A stretch of 64,000 bases of DNA from Thermodesulfovibrionia bacterium (GCA_947259735.1 CAMYNN010000006.1:4998-68997); one strand, 5' to 3'. Shown: positions 45,458-55,716, counted from the stretch's first letter. The notes: generated from the sequence alone by a model not told the origin. Numbers and translations: made by a program.

Positions 45458-46987
45458 TTACCCATCGTTCATCGCAAAGAAAGGAGCGTGGTTGGACGTA
45501 AATATGGGAGGGTTTCTCCTGAGTATTTCCGAGACAGCACTCTGCTTCCTGAATTCATCCTGGAGAAACTTCCGTACCTCGCCTCTGTGCCATCCTCCGG
45601 GATGTGTGAACCCCGAATAGAGAGACAGGTCTCCCTCATAGAAACTGATCGTCTCATAGTCATTTATTCCCGGTCCTGAAAGGGGCATGTTAAATAGTGC
45701 AAGATTCAGAAACCCGATTTCATTTTGATGTCTCACCACGAACTCAAGGGTGTTCCGTGCATTCTGCAACGTCTCCGGCGGTGTTCCGAACAGCAGATAA
45801 ATGTACGTGGCAATGCCTGCCCTTTTGAGTGTTTTTAAAACGAGAGATGCCCTTTCGAGGCTGATCCCTTTTTCCATACTGTCAAGAACTCCCTGGTCCC
45901 CTGATTCAAGGCCGAGCTTCAGCATCACACATCCTGATTCCTTAAGGGCCATGCAAAAATCGATATCGGTCAGAAGGCTGTTTATCCTCGCAAAGCCATA
46001 CCATGGAACTCCGGGAGGGCTGTCAGCCAGACGCTTGAGAAGCGCGGTGCTGACGGCGTTGTCCAGAAGGTGAAGAAGTTCCGGCCTTGTTGTACTTATG
46101 AGCGAGCCAAGGTCATCTATTACTTTGTCAACAGGCTTTGGAGCATAGGGGTTATCTTCGGCCCGCTCCGGGCAGAAAGAACATCTGTTCCAGTAGCATC
46201 CGCTTGAAGCACTGTAGGGAAGAATAAATCCGGGAGAAATATAATCATTGAGGGGCAATGAGTCGTAAGCGGGCATGAATATTTTTTTTTCAGGCATGTT
46301 AATCCCCATCACAGAAAGAAGCGGTTCTTCCCCCGGTCCGGACACAAGCAGATCAATAAGTCCTGTAAAGGGATTCCCCCATGTCGGTCTTTTCGTCCAG
46401 GACGTAACAAGCCCTCCGCCGAGGATAATTTTTATCTCCGGAAAGTTTTGACGCACGAAACCGATCATTGCAAAGGTGCAGAGCGCCTGGCTCAGGTAAT
46501 TCATTGAGAAGCCGATGTGCGAGAGGCTCCTTTCCTGTATCAATGAAAGCAGGCGCTCCGAAAAAAAGGAATAAAAAGGATTCATTTCCGGTTTTTCAGA
46601 GGCCCTGATAAGATCGGCACTTCTTAAGGGGGAAAGCTCGTGGTGCCTGTAATTGGCGAGCCCTGGTGTTGTGCCGCGGGTGGCGGACTTTTCAAGTGCC
46701 CGGTTCAGGTCAATGACGGCCCGTTTGTAGCGGTCGATATTCTGATAGGTGCTCCAGCCTTTCAGTGAGCGGTAATTCTTGGACGCGTTGCGAAAAGCAC
46801 GGTCAGTCCACCTGTCGGAGGGAGAGGAAGTCAGCCGCTGGGCATTCCCTGTCATGTAGAGAAGGGACTCTATGTTTGCATCCAGAATAGTGCAGTCTAT
46901 TCCGTGACCTTTCAGTGCACCTGCAAGTTGTGCAATACCGGCCGGGGGCTCAGAGGGCTTTGCAACGGGGGGGTAAACTAGTATCAT
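45458..46987 (-). CDS. B12-binding-domain-like radical SAM protein with CX4CX2C motif
   Basis: The N-terminus PPAGIAQLAGALKGHGIDCTILD is B12-domain-like and the cluster motif reads GCYWNRCSFC. Confidence 0.75.
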   Translation of the reverse strand: MILVYPPVAKPSEPPAGIAQLAGALKGHGIDCTILDANIESLLYMTGNAQRLTSSPSDRWTDRAFRNASKNYRSLKGWSTYQNIDRYKRAVIDLNRALEKSATRGTTPGLANYRHHELSPLRSADLIRASEKPEMNPFYSFFSERLLSLIQERSLSHIGFSMNYLSQALCTFAMIGFVRQNFPEIKIILGGGLVTSWTKRPTWGNPFTGLIDLLVSGPGEEPLLSVMGINMPEKKIFMPAYDSLPLNDYISPGFILPYSASSGCYWNRCSFCPERAEDNPYAPKPVDKVIDDLGSLISTTRPELLHLLDNAVSTALLKRLADSPPGVPWYGFARINSLLTDIDFCMALKESGCVMLKLGLESGDQGVLDSMEKGISLERASLVLKTLKRAGIATYIYLLFGTPPETLQNARNTLEFVVRHQNEIGFLNLALFNMPLSGPGINDYETISFYEGDLSLYSGFTHPGGWHRGEVRKFLQDEFRKQSAVSEILRRNPPIFTSNHAPFFAMNDG

Positions 46988-47412
46988 ACATTATCAGGCA
47001 TGTTTAAATGATCTATCCAGACGCAGGGAGTAATATGTGTCTCCTGCCATACTTTATCCTCTCTGCGCTTAACCGAAGTTTTTCTTTCTCTTCCTGTTTC
47101 TTATCAAAAACTGTCTTCCCTTATTTTCTCAACAGGCTTTTATTATATGTTATATATGTATGACTATCAAAGTCGCAACATAGGGAATAACTTTATACTC
47201 TGTTGGATAAAGGGGGCATACATTTGAAGCTTATTGTAAAAAGAATTTATCTATTTGTAAATTTGCTTGTCGTGACAGTACACAGAATTGTCAATTGATA
47301 CATGTGCAAAGTCACACCATTATCATGCCTCATCAGAAATCACTTTCAATGAGTCTCGTGTAACACCTTGTAATAAAAACCTAAAAGATCTCATCCCCTC
47401 TCTTCCCTTTCT

Positions 47413-47428
47413 TGGCATGTGTATTGCG
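47413..47428 (+). promoter_or_regulatory. Sigma-54 promoter TGGCATG-N4-TTGCG
   Basis: Near-consensus -24/-12 elements with exact spacing, 83 nt upstream of the ATG at 47511. Confidence 0.6.
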
Positions 47429-47430
47429 TA

Positions 47431-47460
47431 TGCATATTGTAACGCAAAGTACAATATGCA
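47431..47460. promoter_or_regulatory. Perfect 11-bp inverted repeat TGCATATTGTA-N8-TACAATATGCA
   Basis: It lies immediately downstream of the sigma-54 -12 element, at or near the predicted transcription start. Confidence 0.5.
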
Positions 47461-47510
47461 CTCGCTTTACCGGTTTTTTTATGAATATGCATTTAAGGAG
47501 GGGGGAGAAT

Positions 47511-48113
47511 ATGAAGAATAATTTTTTCTTGTTTTCATGCATAATTGTAATCCTTGTGGGCCTTGCATCTTTTGGTCATGCCACGGTGACGATTGCGGAG
47601 TTTTTCGATCCAGCAACGCAGGAAGGTTTCTATGATGTGAGTGTTGACAACGACTTTGTTGTTGCATTTGCCGTGGGAAACGATACAGCCACCGACAGCG
47701 ATACAGAAAGGTCCGGTTGGGATTCGAGCGAGGTTGAAAAGGATGAGTGGAATAGCACAATTGCTCTAATCGGTTTGCCATCGGCTGCATCGTTTGAGAA
47801 TATCTTCGGGGCAGGAGTCGAACAGGCAGTTGCTTATTGGGACAATGGGCTGGCGAACTTTTTTAGTCCAAAGGCCAGCAATCCTATAGGACCGACGGAG
47901 TCAGACAACCGTTTCGCATGGTTGGGATCAGTGCCGGCATCCAATTTTGTAGTGTTCACGAGTGACGAGAACGGTAACGTTGATCCGGATCCTGAAAATG
48001 TTATTCTTGGCACCACTACTGTTGTCCCTGAGCCAGTCAGTACAACCCTGTTTATTGTAGGAGGAGCAACGCTGGGATTCAGACGCTTCTGGAGGAAGAA
48101 AAGAAATAGTTAA
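47511..48113 (+). CDS. PEP-CTERM sorting-domain secreted protein
   Basis: ATG after an AAGGAGGGGGG SD, signal peptide MKNNFFLFSCIIVILVGLASFGHA, and C-terminal VPEP-TM-RRFWRKKR. Confidence 0.85.
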   Translation: MKNNFFLFSCIIVILVGLASFGHATVTIAEFFDPATQEGFYDVSVDNDFVVAFAVGNDTATDSDTERSGWDSSEVEKDEWNSTIALIGLPSAASFENIFGAGVEQAVAYWDNGLANFFSPKASNPIGPTESDNRFAWLGSVPASNFVVFTSDENGNVDPDPENVILGTTTVVPEPVSTTLFIVGGATLGFRRFWRKKRNS

Positions 48114-48140
48114 TCGACATAAGAGAGCATTTTTTTAAAA

Positions 48141-48171
48141 GAGACCTGGAATTTTCAGGTCTCTTTTTTTT
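48141..48171 (+). terminator. Rho-independent terminator
   Basis: gagacctg-gaatttt-caggtctc followed by a T8 run. Confidence 0.8.
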
Positions 48172-48377
48172 GTGTACTTTCCATCTTCTGAATTATATCG
48201 GTCTCAATATGAATCAATATATCTAAGATGCCGCGTTCATTGCTTTTTATGAGTTTGATAAGCGCGTTCCTCATTTCTCAAGTTTGATGTCTTAAACACC
48301 GAATAAGTATATAAAATGTATTCTTCCATTATTTGCGGGATTTGGAGGAATGATTTCTGTAAAAGAAAGGCGCAGAC

Positions 48378-48782
48378 ATGGAACGAAGGTCTTTTCACCG
48401 GTATCCGATTCAGCTCGATGTTAAGCTGAAGAAACCTGACGGGACAACTTCCGTAATAGACGGGAAAGTCGTTGATGTTTCATCCAGTGGTCTCGGGATT
48501 ATCGTGAGTGAAAAACTGCAACCGGGCGCGGAAATTACCATTGAGTGGCAGAATCCTCCATTTTATTGTGATGGAGAGGCTCTTGCAATAGGTGCGATAG
48601 TAAATATTGTGAAACCGGAAGAAGGAAGTGATCAGTTTAAGCTGGGCATTGAGTTCTCAGCCTCAGATTCAGAATTGACCCAGAGTCTGCTGAATTGGAT
48701 TCAGATGCAGGCAAGTATGAAGAAGAGGGCGGAATCTGTTCGCAAGCAGTTTACAAGTCAGAAAAGGCGCATTAAGTTTTAG
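48378..48782 (+). CDS. PilZ domain protein
   Basis: RRSFHR and DVSSSG (RxxxR...DxSxxG) c-di-GMP binding motifs. Confidence 0.8.
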   Translation: MERRSFHRYPIQLDVKLKKPDGTTSVIDGKVVDVSSSGLGIIVSEKLQPGAEITIEWQNPPFYCDGEALAIGAIVNIVKPEEGSDQFKLGIEFSASDSELTQSLLNWIQMQASMKKRAESVRKQFTSQKRRIKF

Positions 48783-48825
48783 TGCTTCAGCTGCTCAGCC
48801 CGTGGCAGTGGGCGAAATAGTGTGA

Positions 48826-49017
48826 CTATTCATCAGTTTCTTGAGTCGTGCCGTCAGAGGGTTCCAGTTCAGAATTCGTTGACTCAACTTCATCGGAATC
48901 CTGTGAAGGATTCTTTATGCCCTTTAGGCGTTTTAATCTTTTCTCTTCCTGTTTTTTCTGTCGCTGCAGTTCTTTTTTTCGCTTATTGCTGCTGTACATA
49001 CCGGAACGCTTTGCCAT
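48826..49017 (-). CDS. Small charged hypothetical protein (63 aa)
   Basis: ORF only: a basic N-terminal half and an acidic C-terminal half. Confidence 0.3.
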   Translation of the reverse strand: MAKRSGMYSSNKRKKELQRQKKQEEKRLKRLKGIKNPSQDSDEVESTNSELEPSDGTTQETDE

Positions 49018-49061
49018 AATTTCCTTTCCTGATTAAATTTTTCCAATAAACCTGCTGTAAT

Positions 49062-49421
49062 TCATGAAAATTTTATCTGAATGTCGTATTCAATGTCTGA
49101 GTGGTCATTGGGAGGCTGGTCACTTTCACACGTAAGCTCCCCTGTTGCAGTTTCTTTGTGGTTTCTGATCATCCCGTTTATAACATGAGATAAGTCGAAC
49201 CCGCCATCATCACAGTCCCTGCTCAAGCAGTCAATCTTGAAAAAAGCGTAGCTGCCGGGAGAGAAGTTAATAATCCGGTGTATAGGTTTTGCTATTCCCC
49301 TCTGGTTATACATCATGTCGATAACGATACTTTCAACTTCCGGGTAATGCTTGGACATAAAGCCTGCGTCAAGCTTTTCCTGGATTTTTTCCATTCTTGC
49401 ATGGTTGCTTCTGTTATACAT
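49062..49421 (-). CDS. Hypothetical protein (119 aa)
   Basis: ORF with plausible composition. No family recognised. Confidence 0.5.
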   Translation of the reverse strand: MYNRSNHARMEKIQEKLDAGFMSKHYPEVESIVIDMMYNQRGIAKPIHRIINFSPGSYAFFKIDCLSRDCDDGGFDLSHVINGMIRNHKETATGELTCESDQPPNDHSDIEYDIQIKFS

Positions 49422-49436
49422 CTTTCTCCTTAATGA

Positions 49437-49466
49437 AAAGACCCCCTCCTTCAGAGGGGACCTTTT
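49437..49466 (-). terminator. Terminator candidate downstream of csp
   Basis: The minus strand reads cccctc-tgaag-gagggg followed by gtcttttc. Confidence 0.5.
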
Positions 49467-49473
49467 ACGCTAA

Positions 49474-49674
49474 TTACAGTTTAGAAACATTGATAGCCTT
49501 AAGGCCTTTCATGCCATCTTCCGTATCATAGCTGACTGCATCACCTTCGGCAAGAGATTTGTACCCGTCGCCCATAATGGATGTGTGATGTACAAATGCT
49601 TCACTTCCGTCTTCATTCGTAATAAAGCCAAAGCCTTTGCTGTCATTAAACCATTTCACAGTTCCCTGATTCAT
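49474..49674 (-). CDS. Cold-shock protein (CspA family)
   Basis: [15 protein letters not shown] and FVHHTSI RNP motifs. Confidence 0.95.
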   Translation of the reverse strand: MNQGTVKWFNDSKGFGFITNEDGSEAFVHHTSIMGDGYKSLAEGDAVSYDTEDGMKGLKAINVSKL

Positions 49675-50003
49675 GTCTTGTACCTCCTTCTCTGATAATT
49701 TAAATCCCAGAAGGTTTCAACAATTAAAAAAAGCCACAAAGATCAAGAATCTTCGCGGCCTCATCAACTACAAAAACTTCTAAAACTCTGACTAAGAATA
49801 GCATTTCCCTACACAATGCGTCAAGGAGAAAGTGGAAATTATTCAGTGTATTGAACACTTGCGTGCGGTCCTTCGCATTCCCATATTATTTTCTATCTGA
49901 TCCTAAAGTTCTCATGAATTAATGTCGAATATATTGAACAGGAAATAAAGAGCACCATTAATAAAGATGGAGAGAGTTATTCACATCTCTTTAAAGGGAA
50001 AAG

Positions 50004-50666
50004 ATGATTGTACTGTCTGATGTAACAAAAAATTTCGATAAAAAGAGAGTCTTTCATGATGTTTGCCTGATAATAAAAAAAGGTGAACTGGTGTTCCTGA
50101 CGGGGCCAAGCGGTGCGGGGAAGACCACTATGCTGAAACTTGTTTACTGCTTTGAACGACCTGATAGCGGGAAGGTATTTGTTGATGATGTGGAAGTCAG
50201 CACACTAAAACAGAAGAACATTCCTCAATTAAGACGGGACATCGGCATCGTATTTCAGGATTTCAGGCTGTTCTCCGATAAAACTGTTTATGATAATGTG
50301 GCTGTGGCACTGCAATTTAATGGCATGCACCCCCAGAAAACCAGAGGATATGTAAATGAAATACTGGAAAAAGTAGGATTGCTCAAGACGGCAAAGTACT
50401 TCCCCCAGTATCTGTCAGGTGGCGAACAGCAGAGAATAGTTATTGCGAGAGCAATGGTAACGAAACCAAAAGTAATTCTTGCTGATGAACCAACAGGCAA
50501 CCTTGATGAAGCCAATGCTGAATCAATAATGTATCTCCTGAATGAGATAAGCGAGAAAGGGACTACCGTACTTATCGCAACCCATAATAAAGATATCTAT
50601 CAGGGATCCGGGCACAGAGTGCTGCACCTGGAAAATTCTATTATTGAAAGGGACTATATAGGGTGA
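50004..50666 (+). CDS. ftsE: Cell division ATP-binding protein FtsE
   Basis: ABC ATPase motifs, followed by an ftsX-like permease. Confidence 0.9.
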   Translation: MIVLSDVTKNFDKKRVFHDVCLIIKKGELVFLTGPSGAGKTTMLKLVYCFERPDSGKVFVDDVEVSTLKQKNIPQLRRDIGIVFQDFRLFSDKTVYDNVAVALQFNGMHPQKTRGYVNEILEKVGLLKTAKYFPQYLSGGEQQRIVIARAMVTKPKVILADEPTGNLDEANAESIMYLLNEISEKGTTVLIATHNKDIYQGSGHRVLHLENSIIERDYIG

Positions 50667-51547
50667 AAATTCTCAGATATTCAATAAAGACTGCGCTTAA
50701 AAGTATCTGGGTTGAAAAATGGTTTAATCTTCTTGCCATTTTCGCCATCAGTATAGGGTTGTTTATTCTCTGCGCATTTGGCATGTTCACATATAATATG
50801 GATTTTGCCATTCAACGGTGGTCGAAAAGCTTCGGAGTAATTGTGTATCTGAGTGACGGTATAAGCGCCGAGGAAGAAAGCATATTAGGGAAAATGTTTC
50901 AGCACGACCCCGATGTTGTAAAGGTGAAACATATATCAAAGGAGCAGGCCCTTGAGGATGTACGGGAGGCATTAGGCTCAAATTCCGTGATTCTTGATTT
51001 CCTGAAGCTTAATCCACTTCCTTCTTCCTTTGAGCTTAAGCTGAAAAGTGACCGGTTACAATCCTCCTATGTCAAAAGTAAAGCTGCACAAATAGAAAAG
51101 ATGAATGGAGTTCAGGAAGTGCAATATGGAGAGAAATGGCTGTCATCTCTGAATACTGCTACAAAAATAATGAAAGTTGTGGCCATCTTTTTCGGGGCTG
51201 TTATATTGATTGCAGTGACATTTATAACGTACAGCATAATTAAGATCTTCTTTCACAGAAGGAAAGATGATATTGAAACACTTAAATTGCTTGGTGCTCC
51301 AAGAAGATTTATCAGACTCCCTTTATTATTTGAAGGTATGTTTATGGGATCTGTCGGCGGGGCTATCAGTTCACTTGCCTTATTTATAATTTATTCAATT
51401 GTATATTCAAAAGTTGCCGAATATATTCCTTCTATCAGGCTGGTAATAACTTCATTGCCGCTCGCTCTCTATGCCGCCATTCCACTGGGTGGGATGTTAA
51501 TGAGCCTCATGGGGAGTTTTATTGCTGTCGGCAGAATCAGGTATTAA
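50663..51547 (+). CDS. ftsX: Cell division permease-like protein FtsX
   Basis: Four-TM FtsX topology with a large periplasmic loop. Overlaps the ftsE stop. Confidence 0.85.
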   Translation: MKILRYSIKTALKSIWVEKWFNLLAIFAISIGLFILCAFGMFTYNMDFAIQRWSKSFGVIVYLSDGISAEEESILGKMFQHDPDVVKVKHISKEQALEDVREALGSNSVILDFLKLNPLPSSFELKLKSDRLQSSYVKSKAAQIEKMNGVQEVQYGEKWLSSLNTATKIMKVVAIFFGAVILIAVTFITYSIIKIFFHRRKDDIETLKLLGAPRRFIRLPLLFEGMFMGSVGGAISSLALFIIYSIVYSKVAEYIPSIRLVITSLPLALYAAIPLGGMLMSLMGSFIAVGRIRY

Positions 51548-52766
51548 ATTGTTTGTAATCAGGCAAAGCACAAAAAAAAAACGTTTCAATATAATTAAAT
51601 ATATTTCGCTATTTAATATTGTTTTCCTGCTGGCCTTCGGCCTTATTTTTTTCCTAAGCAAATCTGACTGTTCCGCTTCTAATTCAGAAAAAAAACTCCA
51701 GGAAATCCAGGACAAACTTAAATCAAAGCTGGACGCATTAAAGGAAACGAGCTATAAAGAAAAATCCGTAACGAAAAAGCTGGATGAAATTAATAAGAAT
51801 ATCGGAAAAAAAGAGAGAGAACTCGATCAGTACAGCACGAAGATAGAACAAACACAGTCGGAGATTCAATCCCTTACTGACCAGGTCGATGTGATCTCCG
51901 GCAAGTTAAAGGGGAACATTGAATACTTAGAGGAAATCGTCGTAGCTTTTTATAAAAAACAATATGACAGCAACGCTCTTGTCCTTTTGTCGGCGAGTGA
52001 TTATCAGGACCTCATACAGAAATTGAAATATACAAGCCTGATTGCACATTATGACGGGAATGTAATAAATCAATATGGTGATGAAATAAAACGGATGAAT
52101 GAGAAAAAGCAGAGACTGGAGGCATTGCAGAAAGAGCGCAGCTCTTCAATAAATAATGCAAAGAAACGGAAAATAGTATTGCAGAAAGAAAGTCAGAAAA
52201 AAGACAAGCTCCTTGCCAGTTTAAAGGCAAAACGGAATGAGCATGAGAAGAATATTAAAGAGCTTGAGAATTCATCACAAAAAGTCCTGGCCATGCTAAA
52301 GAATATTAAATCGCAAAGCCTTCCACAATCAATTGTTGGTAAAGGGTTTAAGACATTAAAAGGGCTCCTTCCCTGGCCCGTTGACGGGAAAATCCTGATC
52401 CCCTATGGAGAAAACAAGAAAGTTGAGTCCGGGACATCAGTGTTTAAGAGTGGCATTGAAATCAAGGCACAACCGGAAGACATAGTAGAAGCGGTAGCAG
52501 GAGGGCGGGTGGTATATGCCGATGAATTTAAGGGATACGGTAAATTAGTAATAATTGACCATGGCAATGGGTATCATAGTCTTTACGGGAACCTTTCAGG
52601 GATTTCTCTTGAAAAAGGCAATATTGTCCTTAAAGGCTTTGAAGTAGGCAATGTACTCACATCAAAAATTCTTAATATTCCAACTTTGTATTTTGAGATT
52701 AGACACAGAGGCAAACCAGTTAATCCTATGGACTGGCTAAGCAGACAAATCAAGAATAAAGCATAA
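51522..52766 (+). CDS. Murein hydrolase activator EnvC-like (coiled coil plus M23/LytM domain); start uncertain
   Basis: Long coiled-coil region then an M23-like C-terminus (VIIDHGNGYHSLYGNL). Sits in ftsEX context. Confidence 0.8.
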   Translation: MLSAESGIKLFVIRQSTKKKRFNIIKYISLFNIVFLLAFGLIFFLSKSDCSASNSEKKLQEIQDKLKSKLDALKETSYKEKSVTKKLDEINKNIGKKERELDQYSTKIEQTQSEIQSLTDQVDVISGKLKGNIEYLEEIVVAFYKKQYDSNALVLLSASDYQDLIQKLKYTSLIAHYDGNVINQYGDEIKRMNEKKQRLEALQKERSSSINNAKKRKIVLQKESQKKDKLLASLKAKRNEHEKNIKELENSSQKVLAMLKNIKSQSLPQSIVGKGFKTLKGLLPWPVDGKILIPYGENKKVESGTSVFKSGIEIKAQPEDIVEAVAGGRVVYADEFKGYGKLVIIDHGNGYHSLYGNLSGISLEKGNIVLKGFEVGNVLTSKILNIPTLYFEIRHRGKPVNPMDWLSRQIKNKA

Positions 52767-53007
52767 CCCAACCCAGAGTACGTCCCAATTTCGACATGCT
52801 TCCCCCTTTCCTTTTGAGAAGAGAGCTCTGATTATTACAGGTCGAATATGAAAACGGGGACATGAGAGCCACTGCTCAAGGCAGATGAACAGGCCATGCA
52901 GTCCGAAATCGGGAAATGGATACCCAAAATTATCTACATAAAACTGATATAATACGGTATATTATTTACCTGAATCATATCACTTTACGAGACACATTCA
53001 CGACGCA

Positions 53008-55638
53008 ATGGAAAGTAAAAAGATACGACAGTTATTCCTCGATTTCTTTAAGGAGAAGGGGCACGAGATCCTCCCAAGCTCAAACCTTTTACCCAAAGAT
53101 GATCCGACACTTCTGTTTACCAATGCAGGCATGGTTCAGTTTAAATCCATTTTCCTCGGTGAGGAGGACAGTCCGCAGAAGAGGGCTGTCACTGTCCAGA
53201 AATGTCTCAGGGCAGGCGGGAAACACAATGATCTTGAAAATGTGGGCAGGACTGCACGGCACCACACTTTTTTTGAGATGCTCGGAAACTTTTCCTTCGG
53301 AGATTATTTCAAAAAAGAAGCAACCGAGTGGGCCTGGGAATTTCTTACCGAACGGGTAAAGCTTCCTGCTGATAAACTTTTAATTACAGTCTATGAAAAA
53401 GATGATGAGGCAGCTGAAATATGGGAAAAACATGTCGGTATTTCTCCGGAAAAGATATTCAGACTCGGTGAGAAAGACAATTTCTGGCAGATGGGTGATA
53501 CCGGGCCATGCGGGCCATGCTCGGAGATACATATAGATCAGGGACCTGAGGCGGGCTGCGGGAAGCCGGACTGTCAGGTAGGATGTGACTGCGACCGGTA
53601 CCTTGAGATATGGAATCTTGTGTTCATGCAGTACAACAGGGATTCAGCGGGTGAGCTGACTCCGCTGCCGAAGCCGAGCATTGACACCGGAATGGGGCTT
53701 GAAAGGCTCTCTGCTGTGCTCCAGGGCAAAATGAATAATTTTGATACCGATCTGTTTACGCCGATATTTAAATATGTAGAAGACATTTCGGGAAAGAAAT
53801 ACGGATCCAATCCAGAGGTAGATATCTCCATGCGCGTTATCGCTGACCATATCAGGACAGCAGCATTTGTTTTGTCCGAAGGCCTGACTCCATCCAATGA
53901 GGGCAGGGGATATGTCTTGAGGAGGATCATCAGGAGGGCTGCCCGGCACGGCTTCATGCTTGGCATAAAGAAACCATTTCTTTACGAAGTGCTTGATCCT
54001 GTGTATGACATGATGTCAGGCCCCTATCCTGAACTGATCGAAGATACAGAAAACAGCCGGAAAATACTTCGGTTAGAAGAAGAAAGGTTTGCCCACACCC
54101 TTACATCGGGTATGGCTATACTGGATGAGCTTGTGGATAAAATAAAATCTTTGGGGAAAGATACTATCCCCGGTTCTGAACTCTTTAAATTATATGATAC
54201 CTATGGCTTTCCCCTGGACCTTGCCCAGGATATTGCGGAAGACAGCAGCCTGAAAGTGGACCATAGGGGATTCAATGAGGAGATGGAACTTCAGAAGTCA
54301 CGGGCGAGGGCTTCCTGGGTGGGGGCAGAGGCAGAAATTCCTGAAGTATACAGGAAGGTGAAAGAGATGTTCCCCCCAACAGAATTTCTCGGGTATGAAA
54401 CGATGCAGGCAGACTGTATGGTGAACGGGTTGATAAAAGATGGTTCACTTGTTGAAGAAGTGACTGAGGGAGAAGAAGTGGAAATTGTTCTCGACCGGAG
54501 CCCTTTCTATGGTGAGTCGGGCGGGCAGGTCGGCGATGCGGGAGTTATGAAATCGGGCGGCCTTCGGGTTGAAGTACAGAATTCAAAAAAAATGAATGAC
54601 ATACTGATCCACGCCGGTATTGTTAAAAAAGGTGTTCTCAGAAGAGGTATTGCTGTTCATGTCTCTGTAGAAGAGGAAAGACGGCAGTCCATTATGCGGA
54701 ACCACACGGCGACACACCTTCTTCACGCAGCATTAAAAGCAGTTCTCGGAGATCATATTAAGCAGGCCGGCTCACTCGTTGCTGAAGACAGGCTCAGGTT
54801 TGACTTCACTCATTTCTTTGCGATGGATGAGCGGGAGATAAAGGAAGTCGAAGATATTGTGAACAGGAACATAATCGATAATGTGCCGGTTCAGGTGTCG
54901 GAAACGTCTCTTGACGAGGCAATTAACAGTGGAGTGACAGCGCTTTTTGGGGAGAAATATGGCCACGAAGTAAGAGTTGTACGGGCCGGTGAATTCTCTG
55001 CAGAACTCTGCGGCGGTACTCACTGTCATGCGACAGGAGATATCGGACCCTTCCGGATAATATCGGAAAGCAGTGCGGCGTCGGGTATCAGGCGCATCGA
55101 GGCACTTACCGGTTTTGCTTCTCTTGATTTTAACAGGAAGAGGGAGTCGGAACTGAAGAAAACGGCCGGGCTTCTCAAGGTGGCTGAATTAAAGGTTCTG
55201 GATAAAGTGTCAAAAATTATTGGTGACGTGAAAGAGCAGGAAAAGGAACTGAACAAGTTTAAGCAGAAGAGGGTCGCCGGAAACATTGATGATATCCTGA
55301 AGAGTACTGTGGAAATAGATACAGTAAATGTGCTTGCCCATAAAATTGACGGCCTGGACATGAAATCATTAAGGGACCTTGTTGACAAACTGAAGGACAG
55401 GATCGGTTCCGGTGTTATAGTCCTCGGTTCTGTACTCGACGGGCAGGCCTACTATGTCTCTTCAGTAACAAAGGACAATATTCCCCGCTTTCATGCAGGA
55501 GACCTGTTGAAGAAGGTTACCGGCGGAAAAGGAGGAGGCAGGCCGGACATGGCCCAGGGCGGAACGAAGGACATTGCGGGAATGGAGGAGGCACTGTCTT
55601 CATTGTCTGATATAATTAAAAATATAGATGAGAGTTAA
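53008..55638 (+). CDS. alaS: Alanine--tRNA ligase
   Basis: 876 aa with FTNAGM, the editing-domain HTATHLLH motif and a C-terminal DHHA1 domain. Confidence 0.98.
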   Translation: MESKKIRQLFLDFFKEKGHEILPSSNLLPKDDPTLLFTNAGMVQFKSIFLGEEDSPQKRAVTVQKCLRAGGKHNDLENVGRTARHHTFFEMLGNFSFGDYFKKEATEWAWEFLTERVKLPADKLLITVYEKDDEAAEIWEKHVGISPEKIFRLGEKDNFWQMGDTGPCGPCSEIHIDQGPEAGCGKPDCQVGCDCDRYLEIWNLVFMQYNRDSAGELTPLPKPSIDTGMGLERLSAVLQGKMNNFDTDLFTPIFKYVEDISGKKYGSNPEVDISMRVIADHIRTAAFVLSEGLTPSNEGRGYVLRRIIRRAARHGFMLGIKKPFLYEVLDPVYDMMSGPYPELIEDTENSRKILRLEEERFAHTLTSGMAILDELVDKIKSLGKDTIPGSELFKLYDTYGFPLDLAQDIAEDSSLKVDHRGFNEEMELQKSRARASWVGAEAEIPEVYRKVKEMFPPTEFLGYETMQADCMVNGLIKDGSLVEEVTEGEEVEIVLDRSPFYGESGGQVGDAGVMKSGGLRVEVQNSKKMNDILIHAGIVKKGVLRRGIAVHVSVEEERRQSIMRNHTATHLLHAALKAVLGDHIKQAGSLVAEDRLRFDFTHFFAMDEREIKEVEDIVNRNIIDNVPVQVSETSLDEAINSGVTALFGEKYGHEVRVVRAGEFSAELCGGTHCHATGDIGPFRIISESSAASGIRRIEALTGFASLDFNRKRESELKKTAGLLKVAELKVLDKVSKIIGDVKEQEKELNKFKQKRVAGNIDDILKSTVEIDTVNVLAHKIDGLDMKSLRDLVDKLKDRIGSGVIVLGSVLDGQAYYVSSVTKDNIPRFHAGDLLKKVTGGKGGGRPDMAQGGTKDIAGMEEALSSLSDIIKNIDES

Positions 55639-55716
55639 AAGTTAAGAGTGAAAAGTTGAAAGTGATAGTTTTGATTTCTTTTTCCCTTTAACTCTTAACT
55701 CTTAATTTTTAACTCC
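55639..55716. repeat. Low-complexity inverted repeat (GTTAAGAGT/GAAAGT units versus ACTCTTAAC units)
   Basis: aaaagttaagagtgaaaagttgaaagtg is roughly complementary to ctttaactcttaactcttaattttt. It starts directly after the alaS stop. Confidence 0.65.
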
